Source: Spirochaetia bacterium
GTDB lineage: Bacteria; Spirochaetota; Spirochaetia; UBA9216
Direction of reading: 5' to 3'
Length of the DNA: 64,000 nt
NCBI GenBank assembly: GCA_963675665.1
Contig: OY776510.1
Coordinates: forward strand, 640,001-704,000
Positions 1 to 10,077 of the stretch are shown one piece after another. The notes under the pieces are model-generated. The model saw only the letters and a list, made by a program, of their open reading frames with translations, did no database searches and was not told the origin of the DNA. The translations under genes were made by a program, and so were the position numbers. Positions within the stretch are counted from its first letter, which is position 1. Each line of letters opens with the position of its first letter.

Positions 1-514
1 AACTGCCGAACTGCGACAACAGCTCAATTGCGGTATAAATCATAACCAGCATTGCCGCCTTTACCGGAATTATCCCGAAAATGAAAATCCTCGAATCAGG
101 GAAAAAAACCGCGTATGCAAACAATACTGCGTAAACAGCCCCGGAAGCGCCTAGAAGAACAACATTTGTTCCGGTCATAAAATACACTATAAACGAAAAA
201 ACTCCGGCGAGGGTTCCGGTTAAAAGATAAAACAACAGGAATTCCCGGCTGCCCATCTGCCGCTCAACCGCCTGGCCGAAAAAAAACAGCGCCAGCATGT
301 TGAATGCAATGTGGGTTATTCCGGAATGAACAAACATATAGGTCATAAATTGCCAGACGAAACCGTTTAAAACAAACGAAGGAATCATAGCAAGATAATA
401 CATCGTTTTGGGGGCAATCATATTCACGATAAAAACCGCCAGGTTAAGACCTATCAGGATGAATGATACATTCGAAAATGTATACCTGAACTGTTTTCTC
501 AGCAAATTATTCAT
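1..514 (-). CDS. Rhomboid-family intramembrane serine protease (runs off the window's left edge)
   Basis: Not in the ORF track. Manual translation from the ATG at 514: MNNLLRKQFRYTF...VWQFMTYMFVHSGITHIAFNMLALFFFG..VE..MG...LLGASGAVYAVL. The HxxFNM and GASG motifs are rhomboid signatures. Confidence 0.9.
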   Translation of the reverse strand, partial: MNNLLRKQFRYTFSNVSFILIGLNLAVFIVNMIAPKTMYYLAMIPSFVLNGFVWQFMTYMFVHSGITHIAFNMLALFFFGQAVERQMGSREFLLFYLLTGTLAGVFSFIVYFMTGTNVVLLGASGAVYAVLFAYAVFFPDSRIFIFGIIPVKAAMLVMIYTAIELLSQFGS

Positions 515-640
515 ACTAAATAAGGTATAGCTTTTAGTTCATACGGTCAAGGAACAAGGCTGCAGGGAAAGACTGTTGGACAGCTTTATCGGGCCGGAAA
601 TAACCTTGATGCCTTTCCGCAGCAGTGCTATGTTTTTAAT

Positions 641-1954
641 ATGAGGTTTTACAGATTGCCGGCAATAATCCTGATCCCGTTTATTATTTTTATGTCCTGC
701 AATCATTCCGAAACTCCGACCGGATTCGGAGATCCCCCGGTTCCGGAAACCTGCTTCTGTGACCCCGACGGAGTGGAAGCCTACCTGCAGTGGATCAGTC
801 AGAATTACACCGGTATAACAGAGCTCAGAACAATCGGATACTCCGAAAACGACAGAAGTCTTTTCGTCCTTGAAATATCCGATAAACCCGGAATTACTGA
901 GGATGAACCTGCTGTTCTGATAAACGGAGGAATTCACGGCCATGAACAGATAGGCACAGGCATACCCATGAAACTGGCTGAATATCTGGTACAGGCTTAT
1001 TATACCGGAGACGCCGGGGCCGAATACATTGTCGACAACCTGAAACTTCATATTATGCCGACGCTGAACCCCGACGGACTGGCTGCATCACGCCGCTACA
1101 ACAGCAACTTCGTTGATCTTAACCGCAATTTCGGCTGGAACTGGGACAGCTCGCAATCCAACAATGGCGAATACCCCTTTGATCAGCGCGAAAGCCGGGC
1201 AGTCAGGGACGATTTTGCCGACTACGGATACTGCCTGTCTTTGAATCTTCATACCTCTTACAGCTGGGGAAGCTCAGGCACAACCGACGGTGGCGCAGGC
1301 ATTTATGCGCCGTGGGATGCAATTGAGACGAGCGAAACTGATTTTGAAAATCAGTATTTGCAGAATTATCCCTTTATAAAAACACTCGGCGAAGACTATG
1401 CCGACAGGGTTGTCGCTTCAGATATCTATCCGTTTGATTATTATTTCCATTACCAGGAAGGCGCCGACTGGTATCCGTTCTGGGGGTCAATGGGCGACTG
1501 GGCCCTTGGAGTACACGGCACGGCATCCTATTCAATCGAACTTTACGGAGATCAGTATTTTTCCGTCGAAGACTCGGATATTCTTGATTCAACCTGGGAA
1601 GCACATAAAGAGGCGCTTATTAATATAATCTTGTCTGCTGAAGCCGGCACCGGCGGGATTGTAGTTGATACGAACGGGCAACCGGTTGCCGGAGCAGAAA
1701 TAACTCTCGACAACACTTCAGGCAGCCGGAGTCTTGAGCCAATCCCGTATCCGGATTTGAAAACCCTGTCGGACGCCTCGGGACAATTCAGACTGCTGAC
1801 TGACGACGGTTCTTACAGCCTTACAATTTCCAAAAGCGGTTATGCCGATCTTTCAACCCAGATAACTGTATCAACCTCCAGCTCGAGAGGATTAACAGAT
1901 ACAGGCAGCGGAACCGATTACTTCTACCCTGAATACATCCTTTATGCTGATTAA
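641..1954 (+). CDS. M14 zinc carboxypeptidase lipoprotein with C-terminal carboxypeptidase-regulatory-like domain
   Basis: Lipobox-like IFMSC; GIHGHE, NPDG, RYN..VDLNRNF, NLHT and catalytic IEL motifs; C-terminal GxVVDxxGQPVAGA beta-sandwich. Confidence 0.88.
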   Translation: MRFYRLPAIILIPFIIFMSCNHSETPTGFGDPPVPETCFCDPDGVEAYLQWISQNYTGITELRTIGYSENDRSLFVLEISDKPGITEDEPAVLINGGIHGHEQIGTGIPMKLAEYLVQAYYTGDAGAEYIVDNLKLHIMPTLNPDGLAASRRYNSNFVDLNRNFGWNWDSSQSNNGEYPFDQRESRAVRDDFADYGYCLSLNLHTSYSWGSSGTTDGGAGIYAPWDAIETSETDFENQYLQNYPFIKTLGEDYADRVVASDIYPFDYYFHYQEGADWYPFWGSMGDWALGVHGTASYSIELYGDQYFSVEDSDILDSTWEAHKEALINIILSAEAGTGGIVVDTNGQPVAGAEITLDNTSGSRSLEPIPYPDLKTLSDASGQFRLLTDDGSYSLTISKSGYADLSTQITVSTSSSRGLTDTGSGTDYFYPEYILYAD

Positions 1955-2029
1955 TATTGTTTACATTTACTTCGATTTGCTCTAAGCTCTTCGGTTGGTG
2001 ATAAGCATAAATGGTAATTGGAGAATTTC

Positions 2030-3304
2030 ATGAATAAATATGACGTAATCATCGTCGGTTCGGGACCGGCCGGTCTGGGGGCCGCATTCCACCTGGCAAA
2101 AAAGAACGAGAAACTGAAAATTCTTATGCTGGAAAAGGAAAAGGTTTCCACCGGCGGACTTCGGAACGATTGTAAAATGAATTTCACCTTTCCCATAGGG
2201 TTTCCCCTCGAAAACTGGAACAGGGAGCAGGCCGAACATTACCTGGATGAAGTAATCAAAAAACTGAAACCGAATATGCTGGGCAAGAAAAACCTTTCCA
2301 CCTACTTTAAACGGGCACAAAACCTCGGAGTAGAGATGCTTGACATCAGGCAGACCCATCTGGGCACCGACGGTGGCCTGCAGCTTATAAAACAGCTCAC
2401 ATCGGAACTCGAACAGTTGGGAGTTGATATAAAACTTGAAACAGAGATGACCGATATCGATCCGTCTGGAAAAACAATTGTCACTGATCACGGGAATTTC
2501 GAATATGTAGACCTGATAATAGCGCCCGGACGCAAAGGTTTCCGTTTTCTTCAATCCGTTATGGACAAGCTTAAAGTCTCTTATATAGACCATATTGTCG
2601 ATATCGGCATCAGGATAGAAACAAGAATTGAAAATTACCCGATAGTCTCCGACTATTATGACCCCAAGTTTATTTTCCCCGATAAAGTACGAACGTTCTG
2701 CACAAACAGCGGCGCAGCCCACGTTGTTCGTGAGAAGTATATAACCGCATCCGGCAAACCTTATTTCAGCGTAAACGGCCATGCTTTTTCCAGCAACAAG
2801 GCTCCGAACGGCCTTGTAAATTTTGCCATGCTGAAAACGGTCACCTTTACCGAACCCCTTGCAAGCGGACAGGAGTTTGCTGAAAATCTGGGACTGCAGG
2901 CAATGCTGATGGGCGGAGGAAAACCCATAATGCAGCGGGTGGGAGATTTCAGGCTCGGTAAAAGATCAAAAGCCGAATCATTCAACGACGATCTTTACGA
3001 TTTTAAACCGACGCAGCCTGGATGTACCCCTGGAGACATCAGTCTTTCAATGCCGGCCAAAATTCTGAGGGGAATATGGAAATCGATGAAGGCGCTTGAC
3101 ACCATTATTCCCGGGGTCCTTCATCCGGGGACAATCATGTATTATCCCGAAATCAAGCTGTATGCCAATAAACCTGAATATCTCAACAGCAGTTTTAAGG
3201 CCTACGATAACATATACTTCGCCGGAGACGGGGCAGGCACCAGCCGCGGAATAACCGCAGCCTGGGCAAGCGGAATAAGGGCGGCGGAAGGAATTATCTG
3301 CTGA
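2030..3304 (+). CDS. NAD(P)/FAD-dependent oxidoreductase (uncharacterised FAD-dependent dehydrogenase family)
   Basis: GSGPAG dinucleotide motif, HLGTD, VRTFCTN, VNGH, YFAGDGAGTSRG. GGAGA SD precedes the ATG at 2030. Confidence 0.82.
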   Translation: MNKYDVIIVGSGPAGLGAAFHLAKKNEKLKILMLEKEKVSTGGLRNDCKMNFTFPIGFPLENWNREQAEHYLDEVIKKLKPNMLGKKNLSTYFKRAQNLGVEMLDIRQTHLGTDGGLQLIKQLTSELEQLGVDIKLETEMTDIDPSGKTIVTDHGNFEYVDLIIAPGRKGFRFLQSVMDKLKVSYIDHIVDIGIRIETRIENYPIVSDYYDPKFIFPDKVRTFCTNSGAAHVVREKYITASGKPYFSVNGHAFSSNKAPNGLVNFAMLKTVTFTEPLASGQEFAENLGLQAMLMGGGKPIMQRVGDFRLGKRSKAESFNDDLYDFKPTQPGCTPGDISLSMPAKILRGIWKSMKALDTIIPGVLHPGTIMYYPEIKLYANKPEYLNSSFKAYDNIYFAGDGAGTSRGITAAWASGIRAAEGIIC

Positions 3305-3358
3305 GCCTGAAAAGCTTAAATATTCAAAAATAAATATTAAAACTCTTGAATTATCACC

Positions 3359-3535
3359 CCGGCGGAATTAGATTTAAAGCAGAAGTACATACAGTCTTCA
3401 GCGCAGGGAGAGCACCGATTTCGGATCATTCCGGTTGTTACCCGGAGGATCAGGTTAAACTCGTCGGTGGTAAATCCTCCAAATAGTCTCCCTGCGCGTT
3501 TTTTTTATATTTTATTATTTTTCCGCCGGTTTTTT
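3359..3535. ncRNA. Candidate structured non-coding RNA (nested inverted repeats) upstream of ptsP
   Basis: CCGGCGGAA(3359-67)/TTCCGCCGG(3521-29); GCGCAGGGAGA(3401-11)/TCTCCCTGCGC(3487-97) followed by T8; CACCGA/TCGGTG; inner hairpin 3424-3451. Family not recognised. Confidence 0.5.
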
Positions 3536-3549
3536 ATTATATTAAAAAC

Positions 3550-5763
3550 ATGATTTTCAGACACCGATACAACATGCTCTTTGAATTCAGTGAACTGGAC
3601 TGGCTTTTTCATGATTCAGAGGATATTGAAACATTTTTAAAAAGAGTAATTGAATTAATATACAAACATATGAGCATAAGCGGATGTTCTGTCTACCTGC
3701 TTGACGAAAACTCCGATCAGCTTGTCTTTATGGCATCTGAAAAAACAGTTAACAAAGACAGCTCTGAAACTGACCGCCAGCCGCTTCATCTTAAAAAAGG
3801 CGATAGCCTGTGCGGAACAGCCGTTGAATCCGGAAGGATTCAATACGGTTCAAAACGAAGACTTACAATGGCCGTCCCGATTAAGCGCGGAAATATTCCG
3901 GTCGGCGCCCTGTTTCTGGAAAGAGTCAAGCGGTCGTTTAACAGGATCGATGAAGGAACGATAAGGGTATTAACCTCCCAGCTGGCGAACATTCTGGAAA
4001 ATGCAAGAATATTCTATACGGAGGCCATGAATACCAGCCTGGAACCCGGTGAAGGATCGCTGGAATTCAACACCCAGATGCTCCTTCAAGGAACAGGAGC
4101 CTCTCCGGGGCAGGCATTCGGAGAAAGCTTTATTCTCGACCGAAAGCGGAGTTTTACCGAGCTCAGACGCGTCAGGTTTGATCACATCTACACAAGCAAA
4201 GAACTGGAACAGGCTATCAGAAAAACCGAGAAACAGCTTCTTGATCTTCAGGAAGGTGTAGAAAAAAATCTGTCGGACAGTGCATCATTAATCTTCACAT
4301 CACATCTTATGATTCTGAAGGATCGAAGTTTTAACAATGAAATTAAAAACCGGATAAGCACCGGAATAAATCCCCCGACAGCACTATTGAACGTTGCAGA
4401 AAATTATATAAAAATCTTTATGGAGAGCGAGAATCCCTTTGTAAGAGAAAAGATCGAGGACATTGAAGATCTTGTTCAAAGAATCTTTTCCAACCTTCTT
4501 GGCGAAGAAACCGCTCCGGTAAATGCAAAGGGTAAAATTGTCATAACGAAGAAACTCTATCCGTCGGACATTCTGATGCTTGCAACCGAAAAGACTTCCG
4601 GCATTCTGATGGTATCCGGAGGGCTGACCGCCCACATCTCAATTCTGGCACAATCTCTCAAGTTGCCGCTTGTAATTGCAGATTTTCCGGATTTAATAAA
4701 AACAGACAGGCCTCTGCCGGTTGGAATTGACGGAGATTCAGGGAAAATCTGCATTAACCCTTCGCCGGAAATTATGAAGGATTTCAGAAATTTACAAAAC
4801 AGAAACTGGTCGAAAGAAGAAAGATTTCTGTCCGATGAAACCCGTACCCGTTGCGGGAAAAAAATCGGGCTGCTGACAAATATTAACCTGATACCGGACC
4901 TTGAAGAAGCTGTCAGATTAAACGCAGAAGGGATAGATCTTTACCGGACCGAGTTTCCATTTCTGCTTAGAAACAGCTTTCCGACCGAAGAGGAACAATT
5001 TTCAGTTTACAGGCAGATTATTGATCTTGCCGGAGACAGACCTGTAACATTCAGGACCCTGGACGTCGGCGGAGACAAGGTTTTATCCTACTATCGTGAT
5101 TATAACGAAGAAAATCCGTTTCTTGGTTTAAGATCGATTCGCTTCAGCCTTAAGAACCCGGCAATATTTCGTTCGCAAATTCGGGCCATTCTCCGGGCAG
5201 CAGGAAACCGGCGGATAAAACTTATGTTTCCGATGATTTCTACCATGGAAGAACTTAAAACGTCAAAAGAACTGGTCCTTCAGTCTTTTGAAGATCTTAA
5301 AAACAGCGGAACGGATGTTGTTATGCCGGAAATAGGCGCAATGGTGGAAATTCCGTCGCTGCTTGCAATACTTGATCATGTATGCACGGAAGTGGATTTT
5401 CTTTCCGTCGGTACAAACGATTTTATTCAGTATATGCTGGCAGTAGATCGAAATAATGAGAAGCTGAAAGATTATTATAATCCGCATAACCCGTCTGTTC
5501 TTCGGGGGCTGAAACATATTGCCGACGCAGCCGGAAGGCATAAGGTTGAACTGACATTATGCGGAGAGATGGCGCACCAGAAAGAATATATCCCGTTCCT
5601 GCTGGGCATCGGAATTGAAAACCTGAGCGTCTCAACAAGTTTTCTTTATGAAACCCAGAAGGCTATCGCAGAAATCGGGATGGTTGAAGCAAAAGCATTG
5701 GCTGATGAGATCCTGAACCACAGTTCCGTTAATGAGATTGAGCGATCCCTGGGAATCATATAA
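3550..5763 (+). CDS. ptsP: PEP-protein phosphotransferase with N-terminal GAF domain (EI-Ntr-like)
   Basis: GAF-like N-terminus, phospho-His motif GGLTAHISI, LYRTEF, RTLDVGGDK, ENPFLGLRSIR, GTND, CGEMA. Confidence 0.9.
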   Translation: MIFRHRYNMLFEFSELDWLFHDSEDIETFLKRVIELIYKHMSISGCSVYLLDENSDQLVFMASEKTVNKDSSETDRQPLHLKKGDSLCGTAVESGRIQYGSKRRLTMAVPIKRGNIPVGALFLERVKRSFNRIDEGTIRVLTSQLANILENARIFYTEAMNTSLEPGEGSLEFNTQMLLQGTGASPGQAFGESFILDRKRSFTELRRVRFDHIYTSKELEQAIRKTEKQLLDLQEGVEKNLSDSASLIFTSHLMILKDRSFNNEIKNRISTGINPPTALLNVAENYIKIFMESENPFVREKIEDIEDLVQRIFSNLLGEETAPVNAKGKIVITKKLYPSDILMLATEKTSGILMVSGGLTAHISILAQSLKLPLVIADFPDLIKTDRPLPVGIDGDSGKICINPSPEIMKDFRNLQNRNWSKEERFLSDETRTRCGKKIGLLTNINLIPDLEEAVRLNAEGIDLYRTEFPFLLRNSFPTEEEQFSVYRQIIDLAGDRPVTFRTLDVGGDKVLSYYRDYNEENPFLGLRSIRFSLKNPAIFRSQIRAILRAAGNRRIKLMFPMISTMEELKTSKELVLQSFEDLKNSGTDVVMPEIGAMVEIPSLLAILDHVCTEVDFLSVGTNDFIQYMLAVDRNNEKLKDYYNPHNPSVLRGLKHIADAAGRHKVELTLCGEMAHQKEYIPFLLGIGIENLSVSTSFLYETQKAIAEIGMVEAKALADEILNHSSVNEIERSLGII

Positions 5764-5772
5764 AATAGGCAT

Positions 5773-6195
5773 ATGAAAATAATTCAGAAAGAAGCGTCGC
5801 TGAAAGCCCGAAGCAGGGGATTTCATCTTGTTACAGCGGAAATTGAATCGCTGATTCCGGAAATTCGCGCCGTCGAAAAAGGTCTTGCATTCATTCACCT
5901 TAAACATACTTCAGCGTCTCTTACCATGAATGAAAACGCGGATCCGGATGTACGAACAGATATGGAATCAATATTCAGTAATTTAATCCGGGAAAACGAA
6001 CCATGGTATGAGCATACGCTTGAAGGTCCCGACGACATGCCTGCGCATGCAAAAAGTTCCATTCTCGGACCGCAGCTGACTGTTCCGGTAACAAACGGAA
6101 GGTTCAATATGGGCATATGGCAGGGAATATACCTGTGCGAACACCGCAACCGCGGAGGGTCACGAAAGGTAGTAATTACAATTCTGGCGGATTGA
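5773..6195 (+). CDS. yjbQ: YjbQ/UPF0047 family protein
   Basis: HTSASL.MNENADPDV, HTLEGPDDMPAHAKSS, GIWQGIYLCEHR. Confidence 0.92.
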   Translation: MKIIQKEASLKARSRGFHLVTAEIESLIPEIRAVEKGLAFIHLKHTSASLTMNENADPDVRTDMESIFSNLIRENEPWYEHTLEGPDDMPAHAKSSILGPQLTVPVTNGRFNMGIWQGIYLCEHRNRGGSRKVVITILAD

Positions 6196-6233
6196 TATCT
6201 CAATCCGCCCGGAATCGGCGAGTATTTAGTTTT

Positions 6234-8744
6234 TCAGATAAAAAGATTAACGTTGGCATCCTCTGCGGCATCCAGATAGGCTGCAACTCCTCCGAATTCA
6301 ATTCCATTAATCAGTTCTTCCGCTTTTATCCCCATAAGATCCATACTCATGTTACAGGCAATAAGCTTTGCTCCGCCGTCAACAGCCTGCTGAATTAATT
6401 CCTCAAGAAGCGGAACATTATGTTTGGTCATCAGCCCTTTAATCATTCCCGCGCCCATTCCGCCCATATTCATTTTGGACAGCTTCAGATTTTCAGCGCC
6501 CCTGGGCATCATTCCGCCGAACATTTTGCTTACAATATCCTTTTTTACAGGAACCTTTTCGGATTTTCGTATTATATTCAGCCCCCAAAAGGTGAAAAAC
6601 ATTGTAACCTTGCGGCCCATTGCAAGCGCGCCGTTTGCAATAATAAAAGATGCAATTGCCTTGTCCAGATCTCCGCTGAAACAAACCATAGTTTTGTCGT
6701 TTAAAACAGGCCGGGATTGTACCTGGTGGCGCCCGCCCAGATCGTGCAGAGCCTGATTAAGATCGCCCTTTCTGATTCTTGCCACAAAGGCCTTGTCCCG
6801 TTTTTCTATGTTAAGAAGCGTGTTCCCGGTTCGTTTGCACCAGGCGGCTATGTCGGATTTAAATCCCGGGTCGGTAACATGGATCTCAAGAACATCTCCC
6901 TCTTCAATATCAGCAATCTTCTCGTAGACCTTCTTTATAGGACCCGGACATGCAAGCCCGCATGCATCAATAACCAGTACGTTACCCTTATGTATATCAG
7001 CCATTTTTCCTGCTACCTCCTTTAAATCGACAGTTTTAAGTCCCGCATCCGCCGGACCGCATGTATCCGTTTTGTTCCACATTGCCGGCTGCCATGTGCT
7101 GAATCCGCCGGCCAGATTTTTAATATCTTTAAACCCGTGCTGGGTCATCATTCTGGCGGCAATATAACCGCGAAGCCCGGCGGCACAGTAAATTATGTAT
7201 TGCTTCTCCCTGTCCAGTTCTCCAAGCCTGCTTCGCAGTTCATACAGGGGAACAAGCACCGAACCGGGAATTGCGCCGAGTTCCTGCTCTTCCGGATCAC
7301 GAATATCAAGCAATACAGCGTCGGTGAAATTGTCCAGCTCGTTCCAGTTAACATTTTCAACAAGCCCTTCCAGCATATTCTCAGCAACATATCCGGCCAT
7401 ATTCACAGGATCCTTGGCTGAAGAGTAGGGAGGCGCGTAAGCCAGTTCAAGCTCAATCAAATCATCTATGGTGCCGCCCATGCGGATAACCGCTGCAAGT
7501 ACGTCGATTCGTTTGTCTACGCCTTCCCATCCGACAATCTGGGCTCCAAGGACCTTCCGGCTTGCAGGCTCAAAAATCATTTTCATATCCAGCGGAAAAG
7601 CTCCCGGATAGTAACCGGCATGTGATTTCGAATGGGTCATCGTAAAGAGGTAATCCTTGCCGTATTCTTTTCCGCCTGCTTTCAGGGCCTTCTCGTTCAA
7701 CCCGGTCGAAGCAGCAGTTATATCGAAAATCTTGACAATACTTGTTCCCTGGGTTCCGCTGTATTCTTCAGATCCTCCCAGAATATTCGCCGCTACCATC
7801 CTGCCCTGTTTGTTGGCAGGCCCGGCCAGGGGAATCATTGTAGGTTCACCGGTAATGAAATTTTCTATTTCGACAGCATCGCCTACGGCAAAAATATCCG
7901 GATCTGATGTTCGGAGGTTCTTGTCGACGACAATTCCGCACCGCTGGTTCAGCTTCAGGCCTGCAGCCTTCGCCAGATCCGTCTGGGGCTGGACGCCTAT
8001 TGCAAGCATTACAATATCCGCTTCCATCCTTGCGCCGTCGGCAAGCACAACAGCTGTTTTCCCGGGATCATCACAGGCTTCAAATGCTTTAACCATACTG
8101 CCCAGATGAACATCAACACCTTCTTCGAACAGGTGCCGATGGGTTATCTGCGCCATCTCAAAATCAAGCGGGGCCATTACCTGCTGCGCCGCTTCAACAA
8201 GTGTTACCTGGATGTTTCGCTCAACAAGGTTTTCAGCCATTTCAAGGCCTATAAACCCGCCGCCAACAACAACCGCGTGACAGGGTTCTTCCTCATCCAG
8301 CCAGGTCTTTATTTTATCAACATCCGGCACGGTCCAGAGCGTATGTACGTTATCACGGTCTATTCCCGGAATCGGCGGTTTCATCGGTTTTGAGCCCGGA
8401 GAAAGAATAATTTTATCGTAACTTTCGGTGTACTTTCTGACTATTTCACCTTCTGGGGTTTTTTCTTCTACCGAAACTTCTTTTGCTTCGCGGTCAATTG
8501 CGACAACTTCGTTTAAAACCCTTACGTCTATATTGAATCTTTCATTGAAGCTTTCCGGTGTCTGAAGAAGAAGGTTTTCCCGTTCTGAAATAGTCCCGCT
8601 TATGTAATACGGAAGCCCGCAATTCGCATAGGAAATGTACGGTCCCTTTTCAAACATTATTATTTCGACATGCTCATCAAGCCGCCTCAGTCTTGCGGCA
8701 GCACTTGCACCGCCTGCGACGCCTCCGATAACTATTACTTTCAT
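6234..8744 (-). CDS. CoA-disulfide/persulfide reductase fused to rhodanese, TusA/SirA and DsrE-like domains
   Basis: GGVAGG, SYANCGLPY, YAPPYSSAKDPVN; rhodanese YCAAGLRG; TusA DACGLACPGP; DsrE2 MFFTFWGL...IACNMSMDLMG. Confidence 0.9.
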   Translation of the reverse strand: MKVIVIGGVAGGASAAARLRRLDEHVEIIMFEKGPYISYANCGLPYYISGTISERENLLLQTPESFNERFNIDVRVLNEVVAIDREAKEVSVEEKTPEGEIVRKYTESYDKIILSPGSKPMKPPIPGIDRDNVHTLWTVPDVDKIKTWLDEEEPCHAVVVGGGFIGLEMAENLVERNIQVTLVEAAQQVMAPLDFEMAQITHRHLFEEGVDVHLGSMVKAFEACDDPGKTAVVLADGARMEADIVMLAIGVQPQTDLAKAAGLKLNQRCGIVVDKNLRTSDPDIFAVGDAVEIENFITGEPTMIPLAGPANKQGRMVAANILGGSEEYSGTQGTSIVKIFDITAASTGLNEKALKAGGKEYGKDYLFTMTHSKSHAGYYPGAFPLDMKMIFEPASRKVLGAQIVGWEGVDKRIDVLAAVIRMGGTIDDLIELELAYAPPYSSAKDPVNMAGYVAENMLEGLVENVNWNELDNFTDAVLLDIRDPEEQELGAIPGSVLVPLYELRSRLGELDREKQYIIYCAAGLRGYIAARMMTQHGFKDIKNLAGGFSTWQPAMWNKTDTCGPADAGLKTVDLKEVAGKMADIHKGNVLVIDACGLACPGPIKKVYEKIADIEEGDVLEIHVTDPGFKSDIAAWCKRTGNTLLNIEKRDKAFVARIRKGDLNQALHDLGGRHQVQSRPVLNDKTMVCFSGDLDKAIASFIIANGALAMGRKVTMFFTFWGLNIIRKSEKVPVKKDIVSKMFGGMMPRGAENLKLSKMNMGGMGAGMIKGLMTKHNVPLLEELIQQAVDGGAKLIACNMSMDLMGIKAEELINGIEFGGVAAYLDAAEDANVNLFI

Positions 8745-8750
8745 TGAAAC

Positions 8751-8806
8751 CTGCCTATATACAAAGATTGTGATATTAATATATAGGCAGATTATTACGC
8801 TGTCAA
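8751..8806 (-). promoter_or_regulatory. Sigma70-type promoter of the CoA-disulfide reductase gene, overlapped by a 10-bp inverted repeat
   Basis: Minus strand TTGACA(8806-01)-17 bp-TATATT; IR CTGCCTATAT(8751-60)/ATATAGGCAG(8781-90). Confidence 0.55.
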
Positions 8807-8844
8807 GTTATCGATAAAAAAATCTCCAAATCGTCAGCCGATAT

Positions 8845-10062
8845 TCAATTTTTTTCAAAAATCAGATCTATTGCTGTCGCCGCAAGAATCCTTGCCGCCC
8901 TGAACATGGCATCCGCAGCTTCTGCCGAATTTGCCGTATCTGCCGCCGCACGCGAATGCCAGCATGTTTGCTCATCATGAGTCTTATAAAGCAGAGAAAG
9001 AGAAGGAATCATCCGGCTTACATCACCAAAGTCGGATGAAGCTTCCCATACAGGCAGCCGTTCAAGCGTCTCGCCTGCGGCATTCATATTGGCTGCCGCA
9101 AGCTCAAAAAGTTTCGGGTTGAAAAGAATCGGTTTTACAGCTGCCATTGATACCAGATTATGGCTGCACCCGGCGCAAGCGGCAGACGCCGCTGCGCAAT
9201 CCCTGATCATGTTTTCACCGGTTTCCAGGTCTTCTACTTCGGTTGAGCGCAGCATCACCTCTGTTGCTGCGCTTTCGGGAATAATATTCAACAGTTTTCC
9301 GCCTTCAGGAATAATACAGTGAAGCTTCAATCCTTTCGGCAGCTGTTGCCGCATCATGCTTACCGAGTTATAAAACATAACTGCGGCATCCAGGGCATTA
9401 TGTCCGTTCCATGGGTCAGCTGCGGCATGGGCAGCTTTTCCCGAAAATTCTATCCTGAAGGCTTTTCCCCCAAGGTCCTTAACGGCGACGCCGGTTCTAA
9501 TCCAGGGATGAAACATCAGGCAGTTTCCGATATTGTTAAAAACCCCGGCTTCAATAAGCCTGTTTTTTCCTGCTGTTTCGGTAAGAACCTCTTCAGCCGG
9601 AGTACCAATTACCTTGAAAACAGGTCCGTTAAATTTGGGAAGATATTCATTTTCAGCAGTACGCCGAAAAGCCTTTAAAGCTGCCGCTGTACCGGTCGCT
9701 GCAGCCGCGGCGGCGGCCGCTATCAGGTTATGACCACAGCCGTGACCGATACCTTCAAGAGCATCATATTCCGCAATAAATGCAACCGGTGTTATATGCT
9801 CTTCTGCTGTATCCCGTCTTCCGGAGCCGGAAGTTTCTTCCGTATGGAAACAATCGGCAATAAAAGCCGTTTCAAGCCCCCCGGCCGGTGTAGTTATCCT
9901 GAAGCCCCGGGCTTCCAGATACCCGACAAGCGCAGCTGATGCCTTTTTTTCTTTATACGCTGTTTCGGGGTTTTCATTTATATATCTGCTCAGAGCAATC
10001 AAGGAATCCCGTTCGGACTCTATTGCTTCGGATGCCGCCTGTTTTATCCCGGAATGTTTCAT
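8845..10062 (-). CDS. M20 family amidohydrolase (AbgB/ACY1L2-like)
   Basis: NPETAYKE, AEYDAL, GHGCGHNLI, GTPAEE, GKAAHAA..PW.G.NALDA, SSDFGDVS. Confidence 0.88.
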   Translation of the reverse strand: MKHSGIKQAASEAIESERDSLIALSRYINENPETAYKEKKASAALVGYLEARGFRITTPAGGLETAFIADCFHTEETSGSGRRDTAEEHITPVAFIAEYDALEGIGHGCGHNLIAAAAAAAATGTAAALKAFRRTAENEYLPKFNGPVFKVIGTPAEEVLTETAGKNRLIEAGVFNNIGNCLMFHPWIRTGVAVKDLGGKAFRIEFSGKAAHAAADPWNGHNALDAAVMFYNSVSMMRQQLPKGLKLHCIIPEGGKLLNIIPESAATEVMLRSTEVEDLETGENMIRDCAAASAACAGCSHNLVSMAAVKPILFNPKLFELAAANMNAAGETLERLPVWEASSDFGDVSRMIPSLSLLYKTHDEQTCWHSRAAADTANSAEAADAMFRAARILAATAIDLIFEKN

Positions 10063-10077
10063 ATTTATATTTTGCTT

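Noticed and set aside
3336-3430. Minus-strand 30-codon Cys-rich ORF (MIRNRCSPCAEDC...)
   Set aside because: No convincing SD or context; it overlaps the structured element and is likely chance.
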